A DNA stretch of 64,000 nucleotides from contig JASEHH010000006.1 of assembly GCA_030017685.1 (NCBI GenBank), forward strand, positions 3,082-67,081, read 5' to 3'. The notes beneath the pieces are model-generated. The model worked only from the letters and a program-made list of their open reading frames with translations, made no database searches and had not been told where the DNA came from. Within the stretch, counting starts at the first letter, position 1; each line of letters begins with the position of its first letter. A program made the translations under genes and the position numbers. The stretch is from Thermodesulfobacteriota bacterium. GTDB lineage: Bacteria > Desulfobacterota > BSN033 > UBA1163. This document shows, one piece after another, positions 29,855 through 37,290 of the stretch.

Positions 29855-29962
29855 CCGGAACGTGCCCCGTCCCGCCGAAGCGGGATAGGCGGGGTCAAGG
29901 GGCACAATATAAAATGAGATTACCTTACCGGGAAGCCCCGCCCTGTGGGCGGAGAGCTTCAT
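29855..29962. mobile_element. Non-coding GC-rich hairpin element (resembles IS200/IS605-type end remnant)
   Basis: GTGCCCC...GGGGCAC stem enclosing CCCGCCGAAGCGGGA; terminal hairpin GCCCCGCCCTGTGGGCGGAGAGC. Confidence 0.45.
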
Positions 29963-30402
29963 TATCTTCTTACATCTAAAAACCTCGAAGGATGGGCCGC
30001 TTTCCCCATATAGCCGCGGACCGTGAGCATCCCTTGAAAGGCTTTCTGCAACTCGGCCTTGACCTCATTCCGCAAAGCCGCAATGCGTTTCTGACACTCT
30101 TCGTCAAAGGTCTTCACGGTTTGAAGCACTTCTTCGATCGCCCTGTAGAGCAGGAGAATCTCTTCCCTTAATCGCTCCGGCCATTCGGTCCCGGAAAGAG
30201 GAGGCTTACCCGCAATCCTTCTGATTTCATCGTCCATCCGGTCAATCCGGCCGATCAGCTCCTGGCGCTTCGCCATCCACCGGGTCACCTCTCCCATGTC
30301 CGGCAGGTCCAGGCTCGCCCTCATCGATTCGGAAATGGATAAAAACTCTTTCAGGGTCCTCAGCTTTTCTGTCAGGTACTGATGAAACCGAAAAGGGTCC
30401 AT
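29962..30402 (-). CDS. FlgN/FliT-like flagellar export chaperone
   Basis: Helical 146 aa directly after fliS; C-terminal YMGKAAHPSRFLDVRR. Confidence 0.7.
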   Translation of the reverse strand: MDPFRFHQYLTEKLRTLKEFLSISESMRASLDLPDMGEVTRWMAKRQELIGRIDRMDDEIRRIAGKPPLSGTEWPERLREEILLLYRAIEEVLQTVKTFDEECQKRIAALRNEVKAELQKAFQGMLTVRGYMGKAAHPSRFLDVRR

Positions 30403-30409
30403 GCTCTCC

Positions 30410-30856
30410 TCAACGCAACAGGATTCCTTCCTCCGGAGTGGAGAAAGACAGATCCTCCTTCTGGGGGAAGATGTTTTTACCGCCTGGCTGGCGATACAAG
30501 GCTTCCTCCCAGGCTGATTTCAACTGTTCAAGCATTCCCGCCACCTCGCTAAACCCGTTCACATCCCTTCTGTGATCGCTTTTCAGAATATGACCGATCA
30601 TAAATCCATAAAGGCGATCCAGTTGTTTTGCGATCTCTCCCCCTCTTTCAAAGTCGAGGGTCTCTCTCAAATGATTGAGGAGGTCCAGCGTCTTTTGAAC
30701 CGCCCTGCCCTTTGCCTCATAATCCCGGGACAGATATTTCGTTTTCGCCTGAACCAGACCCTGGATGGCCTCCTCATAACAGAGGATGATCAGTCTCTTC
30801 GGGTCTGCTGTCAGGATGGAAGATTTCTGGTAAGCCTGGTATCCGGATCCAAACAT
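30410..30856 (-). CDS. fliS: Flagellin chaperone FliS
   Basis: YQKSSILTADPKRLIILCYEEAI...LDFERGGEIAKQLDRLYGFM...LKSAWEE. Confidence 0.93.
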   Translation of the reverse strand: MFGSGYQAYQKSSILTADPKRLIILCYEEAIQGLVQAKTKYLSRDYEAKGRAVQKTLDLLNHLRETLDFERGGEIAKQLDRLYGFMIGHILKSDHRRDVNGFSEVAGMLEQLKSAWEEALYRQPGGKNIFPQKEDLSFSTPEEGILLR

Positions 30857-30913
30857 ATTGACAATGCCTCCTCCCTCTAAAAACCTAAATCCAAATTTCT
30901 AAACTCTCAATTC

Positions 30914-31031
30914 TTAAGGCTACCTCTAAAAATGTCATTTCTGCGAAAGCAGGAATCCATAAGTTTTTGACATTACTGGACTCCCGCCTTCGCGGGAGTG
31001 ACAAATTGGGAATTATTAGAGGTTCCCTTAA
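30914..31031. mobile_element. MITE-like element with GTCATT...GAGTGAC core (30934-31002)
   Basis: Wrapper IR TTAAGGCTACCTCTAA / TTAGAGGTTCCCTTAA (14/16). Confidence 0.6.
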
Positions 31032-31068
31032 CTCTAACCTCTTAACTCTAAACTTTAACCTCTCTCCC

Positions 31069-33432
31069 TTACCACCAGCCCCGGCTGACTGTATTGATCT
31101 GGCCCGTGAGCCAGCTCGTCTGGCTCTGCAATGTGCTGAGAGCCGTCTCCATGGCGACGAATCTACGCTCCAATTCGGCCATCCTCTGGTCCAGTCGAGC
31201 TTTCATGGTCTCAATATTATCCTCCAAACGATCGATCGTATCCTGGTTCGTCTCCTTTTTATGGGTGATCGTCCCATCGACTGAATCCGTAATGGAATAG
31301 AGGGAACGATCCAGGAGCTCGGCGATGCCATAAGTGAGGGAAAAACTTCCCACTCCCCCTGTGGCCGTTCCAGAGTAACGGACGACAAGGCCCTTGGCAT
31401 TTCCGTTTATGCCTTTCAGGAACTCACCCTCTCCGGTAGCATCCCCTGGGGTCTCAAAATAGCCTGCTACCGGATCCACGCCCGTGATTTGAACGTTGTA
31501 GGTCCCCGCCTTGGTATCGATCGTATGATAGAGATAGCTTAAATTGTTGTTGGTGGATGACCAATCGGCGGCAAACAGTTTTTTAACATCAACAAAGTTA
31601 GTCTCAAAATAATCTTGAAGCTTGCTGCCATCGATAGTCAACCTACTATTCGTCCCCATACTGATGCCGATCAGTCCGAGGGTTGAAAAATTGGCCGACA
31701 CTCCTGAGACCTGGTTCAAAACGATTCTGGTAAGATTCGATTTGATCGTCCGCAGTGTGCCATCCCCAAAAAGAGGACCCCCGGGTTTCCGTGTCTCCGA
31801 ATTGTAAGCCAACTGTCCATTGATGGCGTCCACGGCGTCATTATAGGCGGTCACAAACTCTTCAATTTTTTCCTTCACGCCATCGTAGTCTCTTCCCACC
31901 GTGAGGGAAACCGTGGTATCGCTGGCTGCCTTTTTCAGATTGAGAGTGACACCGGGGATGATGTCATCCGCTGTATTGGAGGAGGGGGCCATGGCCACCC
32001 CGTCGACTGAGATGCTCGCATTGGCGCCGGCCTGGATTTGTCGCGACCGGAGGGTCGAAATGGCTCCAAAATTGTTGTCGGTGTCAAACTTGAGGCTGGT
32101 TTTGCCGGGGGTCAGGGTGACAGCCAAATTCGTATCACCGATTTTATTGTTCACGATCTGGATTTTCCCATCTGCGGTGATCGAAGCGGCCACCTCCCCG
32201 TACCTCGTCTGAATCTCCGTCAGAAGGGCTCCGATGGTGGTGGCATCGTTAATGGTAAAAACACTATTGACTGCGGTGCCGTCGGTGTTAGTTCCAGTCA
32301 GGGTGATCGTATCTCCAGAGATGTAATCAACATAACCATCGATATCTTTAATCAAAGTGGATGAAGTAATGGCAGCCCCACCCGATGTATTGGCCACATC
32401 GCCTGTCACTCCTCTTACATCAGAAACACCCGCCCTTTTAAGGATACCGAGGGTCTCCAGGATGTTGCCGGCATCGGTATAAGTGATCGTATTCCCTTCG
32501 ATGAGTAACCTATATTTCGTCGTTCCATCGACCGTCTCGCTCACGACGGAGGCAGGATTGGAGGAGAACACACCGCTGAAGACCGTGTTGATGGCATCCC
32601 GGATCGTATTTAAAGAATCGGTTGCCAGATCGATCGCAAAGGACCTAACAGTGCCGTTGATGGTGATCGTCACTTCCCCGCTCTGGGGGCTGGTGAGGTT
32701 GAGCAGATCGGAGCCGCCCACTGCCTTGTCCGCTGCCGAAAAGGCATCGCTTTTATGGCCAGCCGCAACCGCATTCTTTGCGGTCTTCGCCGAGGCATCG
32801 ACAAAACCAAGGGATCCGAGAAGGTCTGATGGACCACCATTCAAAAGGCTCATCCCTGCAGAGCCCTCATCATCGCTGGTCAGGATCAGCCGGTAACCAC
32901 TCGTCCCATAGTTGACAATGGAAGCCGTAACCTTGGAGGCGTTCGTTCCGGTGTTAACCGCATTGATCTTGTCCCGAATGGAAGCGAGGCTGTCGGTGGC
33001 CGAAATTTTAACAGTCCGGCCTCCTGCGACGAGGTCTCCCGATAGGTTGAGACCCTCGCTCTGGCTGGCGTAGCTGTTGGAGGAGAGCCTCTGGGCGCTG
33101 GCTAATTGGCTGACGACAATTCGATAAGTCCCCGGAGAACCATCCGTGCTCGTAGTCACGGAAAGGATGTCTTCAGCCTTCGTCGTCGTGTCGGAAGAGA
33201 GCGCGGTGGTATAGAGGTTGAAACCGGCGGGTTTATTTAAGGCGCCTGCTGAGTTTTTTAAAGAGAGCAATTTAGTATTGAGGCTCTGCCAGGCGCTGGT
33301 CCTCTCCTCATGGATCTTTTTCCGGCCTTCGACCATTTCGATTTTTTTATATTCGATTTGTCTCAATTGATCAATGATCTTCCGCCAGTCCAGGCCGCTT
33401 GCAAGACCGCTGACTACACTGGTTGCAGCCAT
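31069..33432 (-). CDS. fliD: Flagellar filament cap FliD (enlarged)
   Basis: SGLASGLDWRKIIDQL N-terminus, IIPGVTLNLK, FVTAYND, LERRFVAMETALSTLQSQTSWLTGQI C-terminus. Confidence 0.94.
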   Translation of the reverse strand: MAATSVVSGLASGLDWRKIIDQLRQIEYKKIEMVEGRKKIHEERTSAWQSLNTKLLSLKNSAGALNKPAGFNLYTTALSSDTTTKAEDILSVTTSTDGSPGTYRIVVSQLASAQRLSSNSYASQSEGLNLSGDLVAGGRTVKISATDSLASIRDKINAVNTGTNASKVTASIVNYGTSGYRLILTSDDEGSAGMSLLNGGPSDLLGSLGFVDASAKTAKNAVAAGHKSDAFSAADKAVGGSDLLNLTSPQSGEVTITINGTVRSFAIDLATDSLNTIRDAINTVFSGVFSSNPASVVSETVDGTTKYRLLIEGNTITYTDAGNILETLGILKRAGVSDVRGVTGDVANTSGGAAITSSTLIKDIDGYVDYISGDTITLTGTNTDGTAVNSVFTINDATTIGALLTEIQTRYGEVAASITADGKIQIVNNKIGDTNLAVTLTPGKTSLKFDTDNNFGAISTLRSRQIQAGANASISVDGVAMAPSSNTADDIIPGVTLNLKKAASDTTVSLTVGRDYDGVKEKIEEFVTAYNDAVDAINGQLAYNSETRKPGGPLFGDGTLRTIKSNLTRIVLNQVSGVSANFSTLGLIGISMGTNSRLTIDGSKLQDYFETNFVDVKKLFAADWSSTNNNLSYLYHTIDTKAGTYNVQITGVDPVAGYFETPGDATGEGEFLKGINGNAKGLVVRYSGTATGGVGSFSLTYGIAELLDRSLYSITDSVDGTITHKKETNQDTIDRLEDNIETMKARLDQRMAELERRFVAMETALSTLQSQTSWLTGQINTVSRGWW

Positions 33433-33538
33433 TTCAACCTCCTGCTCAGTTTAAGGCAAGCCCTCTTGATCCTCAGGGAAGAGAATTTCATCTCGATAGA
33501 GAAGAAGAGGTATAGGGAATGTAAAAAGTTCATGGCCC

Positions 33539-33916
33539 TTATAGCTTCGAATTTAATAAGATCCCGATACTCTCTCCGATCTTCGAAGAGAGGGACTGAA
33601 TGGCTTCGGGCGGTATCTGGCGGATCACATTTCCGTTTTCGTCCAGGACCTTGATGATGACGATCCCTGCTTCCCGGTCCGGAATGAATTGCAGGTTGTA
33701 ATCGATGCTCCTCATAAACTGGTTGAGATTTTCAGCTAACTGTCTGATGGTCTCCTCTTGTTCCCCCGTCACTTTTTCAATGGAATCCCTGTGGGGCAAC
33801 TCCACCGCTTTGGTCTGAGCCGGCTTTTTAAGGACCTTCTGGGAAGGATCATGAAGCATCGACCGGATGAGGGTATCTTTTATGGTCGGGGTTTCCATCT
33901 CAACCTTCTCCGTCAT
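33539..33916 (-). CDS. flaG: FlaG family protein
   Basis: YNLQFIPDREAGIVIIKVLDENGNVIRQIPPE; between fliC and fliD; start may be 33898. Confidence 0.9.
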   Translation of the reverse strand: MTEKVEMETPTIKDTLIRSMLHDPSQKVLKKPAQTKAVELPHRDSIEKVTGEQEETIRQLAENLNQFMRSIDYNLQFIPDREAGIVIIKVLDENGNVIRQIPPEAIQSLSSKIGESIGILLNSKL

Positions 33917-33947
33917 GATGAGATTTCTGAAAAAGTCTAAAAAATCA

Positions 33948-33979
33948 AGAGAGCGAAAAATAGTTTTTCAGAGCTCTCT
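33948..33979. repeat. Hairpin repeat, copy 2
   Basis: Inverted near-copy of 5055-5088. Confidence 0.6.
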
Positions 33980-33983
33980 ATGG

Positions 33984-34025
33984 GAAAAGAGGAGAGAGGA
34001 GAAAGGAATCATCCTTTCCCCTCTC
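33984..34025 (-). terminator. Putative intrinsic terminator after fliC
   Basis: GAGAGGGGAAAGGA / TCCTTTCTCCTCTC stem (13/14) followed by CUCUUUU on the minus strand. Confidence 0.55.
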
Positions 34026-34042
34026 AACATTAACCTTCAGGA

Positions 34043-34876
34043 TTAACGACCCCCGAGTAAGGCAAGGATACCCTGGGGCGCCATGTTGGCCTGAGCAAGC
34101 ATGGCTGTGCCTGCCTGGAGCAGGATCTGATTCTTTGTGAAATTGACCATCTCATAGGCCATATCCACCTCCCGAATGGTCGATTCGGAGGCTGCGAGGT
34201 TTTCAATAGAAATCGCCAAGTTGGCTGAAGCAAAGTCGAGCCGGCTCTGGGCCGCTCCGATTTCTCCCTGGACAATGCTCAAAGAGGTAAGAGAATTATC
34301 GATGGCGGTTAAGGCCGCCTGGGCGCTTGCAAGATTGGCCAAGCTCAGACCATTTAATCCCAAATTACTGGAGAGCAATCCACTTGAGGTCGTAACCGAA
34401 ACCCTGTCTTCTGTGGCTGTATTTGCGGATCCGATTTGAAATGTGAAACTGAGGGCTCCGCTGAGCAAGTTCGTGGTGCCGTATTTCGTATCATAGGCAA
34501 TTCGATCAATTTCTGAAAGGAGGGCGCTTGCCTCGGCATTGATTCGAGCTCTGGCATTGGTGTCGCTGTTATCCGATGAAGCGGTCGTCGCCAATTCCTT
34601 CAGACGTTCGATAATCGCCTCAATTTGATTGGTTCCTCCATCTGCCACCTGCAGCATCGCCGTGCCCTGGGCAACATTCTGCTGGGCCATCCTCAGCCCT
34701 CTGACCTCCATTCTGAACTTATTGGCAATGGAAAGTCCGGCGACATCGTCTTTGGCCTTATTGATCCGGTAGCCCGATGAGAGCCTTTCCATCGATACAG
34801 ACAGCCGGGTGTCGGTATCGGCAAGCTGACGGTGAGCATTTAACGCAGCGATATTGGTGTTAATTCGAAGTGCCAT
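34043..34876 (-). CDS. fliC: Flagellin (minimal, 277 aa)
   Basis: MALRINTNIAALNAHR...LSSGYRINKAKDDVAGL; IREVDMAYEMVNFTKNQILLQAGTAMLAQAN. Confidence 0.97.
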   Translation of the reverse strand: MALRINTNIAALNAHRQLADTDTRLSVSMERLSSGYRINKAKDDVAGLSIANKFRMEVRGLRMAQQNVAQGTAMLQVADGGTNQIEAIIERLKELATTASSDNSDTNARARINAEASALLSEIDRIAYDTKYGTTNLLSGALSFTFQIGSANTATEDRVSVTTSSGLLSSNLGLNGLSLANLASAQAALTAIDNSLTSLSIVQGEIGAAQSRLDFASANLAISIENLAASESTIREVDMAYEMVNFTKNQILLQAGTAMLAQANMAPQGILALLGGR

Positions 34877-34883
34877 AGTCTTT

Positions 34884-34918
34884 TCCTCCTTGGATTTTAA
34901 TTTTGGGCTTCCATGCCC
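34884..34918 (-). promoter_or_regulatory. Two putative CsrA-binding sites in the fliC leader
   Basis: Hairpin GGGC-AUGGAA-GCCC (34905-34918) and AAGGAGGA overlapping the SD (34884-34893). Confidence 0.65.
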
Positions 34919-35016
34919 GGTGGTTAAAGGTTAATAGTTGTCACTTGACACTTGCAACTTGTAACTTTTTACCCCTCCTTTCCTCTGAATTTAAGCCCGG
35001 ACTTCTTTCACCATAT

Positions 35017-35043
35017 CTATCGACGGATGGAGGGAAAAACTTA
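35017..35043 (-). promoter_or_regulatory. Putative sigma28 promoter of fliC
   Basis: TAAG-N15-GTCGATAG. Confidence 0.65.
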
Positions 35044-35046
35044 AAT

Positions 35047-35178
35047 GATGGTTTCGTAAAAAGTCTGAAAATCCCAATATCAGTCATTCCTGCGCAAGCA
35101 GGAATCCAGTATTTTTAGATAGTTAGAATTCTCTGGATTCCCGTTTTCACGGGAATGACGACTTTTTACGATTCCATC
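35047..35178. mobile_element. 132-bp MITE, copy 2
   Basis: TIR GATGGTTTCGTAAAAAGTC / GACTTTTTACGATTCCATC; 6-bp TSD TTAAAT at 35041-35046 and 35179-35184; same length as copy 1. Confidence 0.9.
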
Positions 35179-35221
35179 TTAAATGGTTTGTATCAATTTA
35201 GCGCTTTGAAAAAGCTTCATA

Positions 35222-35400
35222 AAATCCCTCCCCACCTCCCCTGCCTACCGGCCCCCTGCCTACCGGCAGGCAGGCGGTCCCGACCGAGGGCGGGGCAGGC
35301 AGGCGCTCTGGGTCGGAGACCAAAGGGAGGAGAAACACTTCCCCCTTTGTAATCTTTTTCCTGTCAAAGACAGGCAAAAGGGGGATTGAAGGGGATTTAG
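35222..35400. repeat. AAATCCCTCCCC...GGGGATTT element with nested 44-bp and 20-bp inserts (35240-35303)
   Basis: 44-mer of 5243-5286 with CCTGCCTACCGGCAGGCAGG inserted at 35255-35274. Confidence 0.7.
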
Positions 35401-35464
35401 GATAGACGATATCTTGATCAGACCTCTTTTTCAAAAAACTTAAGTGTTACAATGGTTTATCATT

Positions 35465-37222
35465 TCAGCCCGGCCCTTCAGGGCTAAGCATAGAGTTACA
35501 GGACTTTTCAAATAAGGAGACCGACGGGTCTATTTGATGAAAGCCCAGGACATCCTTAATTTTTTCCATGGAGCGCTCCAACCCCCCTGAAATGCCAGCC
35601 TGGGAGATGATCTTATCCAGTACGTCTCCGGAGGGATGGATCAGAAAGGAGAGATGATACGCCATAAGGGAAAGGGCGCCTCTTCCCCTGTCTAAAAAGA
35701 CTTCGCCAATCCTTTCATAAAGATCACCTAAATCTTTAAAACTCTCGATGCTGACATTTGTGGGAAGGTTCAGACCCTTCAGCAATGCATCACATTGCTC
35801 GACCAGAGGATCAAGATCACAATGTAGGAAATGAATCTCACTCAATGTGAGCCTTACATCCGGCAGGTTAGGGTCCATATTCAGAGCCTTTATAAAAAAT
35901 TGCAAAGCCTTTGATTCTTCCTCCATCTCCCGGTAAAGATAGGCGAGATTGGTAAGGACCTCGATCCTTTCAGGGTTAATCTCTAATGCCTGAAGTAGAG
36001 CTTTCTCCGCTTCGGCCCATTGGCCGAGTTTTCGGTAGGCAAGTCCCAAATTAGCGCAGTTTTGATCGGAGATTCCTCCCTCTCGAATGGCCTTACTAAA
36101 AAATTCAGCCGCTTCTTTATATTTCCGTTCCTTTAAACTCAGAAGCCCAAGGGCTTCAAAGCTTTTATAGTGGCCTTGGTAACCATCGAGAAATCTTGAT
36201 AGAATCTCTTTTGCCATCTCGATCTCTCCTGTCTCCAAATAACACTGGGCCAGTGTCTGGTATTGGGAATAACGAATCTGGTCAGGGTTGATGGGTAAGA
36301 GGCTCACGTTGATGGGAAAAAGAAGTGATTTCCGCAACGCCTCGATGGCCCCCTTATAATCTTTAACCATAAACAGGCTTTCCCCCAGACAAAAATGGAC
36401 CAGACTCTTCTTTTCATATCCGTTGGAGAGGTTTTTGAAGATGGAAATGGCTTCATCGTACAATTTTAATTCCACGTAGTATTTCCCCAAGAGCAAGGAG
36501 GCATCCATAAAAAATTGTTTCTCATTTTTTTCTATCCTTTCATTCTCTGTAATTTTCCTCATGTGAAAGACCGCCTCGCCCGGTCGTCCCATGCCCGACA
36601 GGGTCCGGCTTGTATAAAAATGGAGCAGAAGATTTTCAGGATCCTTCTCCAATTCTTTTAGAAGAATCCTTAAATTCCTCTCTGATTTTTCTTGTATGGT
36701 TGTGAGGTCTCGATATCCGGAATGTCTGATGTGGATATCCGTATTGACCAGTCTCAGACCTAAACGCTGAAGGTTGTAGACGACCTGCTCATGGATCTTC
36801 CCCTCAAATTTCACTCCGTCCGCCTTCGGAAAAATCCTGATCTGATAAAAGAGGGTTTCCCCATCGATCGGAGATTGACTGTTGATGATGAAATAATAGG
36901 CATCATTCTTTCTGAAAGGGAATCCTCTCTTGAGTCGTCTAATTTTCTCAACCTCCGATTCATCCATTCGATCATCCGCATCGAGCCACAGGATATAATC
37001 TCCGGTGGCATGCCGGATCGATTCATTCCGGGCGGCGCTGAAATCATCGCACCATGTAAAATCATAAACTTTCGCGCCCAATTCGTTTGCAATCTCTTTC
37101 GTTTGATCCGTTGACCCGGTATCGACAACAACCACTTCATCAACCACTCGCTTCACCGAATGGATACAATCCCTTAAATTTTTGGCCTCGTCCTTGACGA
37201 TCATGCACAACGAGAGTTTCAT
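35465..37222 (-). CDS. GT2 glycosyltransferase with TPR repeats (candidate flagellin O-glycosyltransferase)
   Basis: LSLCMIVKDEAKNL...VVVDTGSTD...DFSAARNESI...WLDADD; TPR C-half; last gene before fliC. Confidence 0.88.
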   Translation of the reverse strand: MKLSLCMIVKDEAKNLRDCIHSVKRVVDEVVVVDTGSTDQTKEIANELGAKVYDFTWCDDFSAARNESIRHATGDYILWLDADDRMDESEVEKIRRLKRGFPFRKNDAYYFIINSQSPIDGETLFYQIRIFPKADGVKFEGKIHEQVVYNLQRLGLRLVNTDIHIRHSGYRDLTTIQEKSERNLRILLKELEKDPENLLLHFYTSRTLSGMGRPGEAVFHMRKITENERIEKNEKQFFMDASLLLGKYYVELKLYDEAISIFKNLSNGYEKKSLVHFCLGESLFMVKDYKGAIEALRKSLLFPINVSLLPINPDQIRYSQYQTLAQCYLETGEIEMAKEILSRFLDGYQGHYKSFEALGLLSLKERKYKEAAEFFSKAIREGGISDQNCANLGLAYRKLGQWAEAEKALLQALEINPERIEVLTNLAYLYREMEEESKALQFFIKALNMDPNLPDVRLTLSEIHFLHCDLDPLVEQCDALLKGLNLPTNVSIESFKDLGDLYERIGEVFLDRGRGALSLMAYHLSFLIHPSGDVLDKIISQAGISGGLERSMEKIKDVLGFHQIDPSVSLFEKSCNSMLSPEGPG

Positions 37223-37290
37223 CCCGGAGGACCTGAAACCCTTCCGAATATAGATGGGGGATCTGGGTTGCCATCTCCTTTGTTTTCTCT

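Noticed and set aside
29813-29962. 50-aa N-terminal extension of the REC-SHOCT ORF
   Set aside because: Encoded by the hairpin element; the receiver domain starts at MNPGP.
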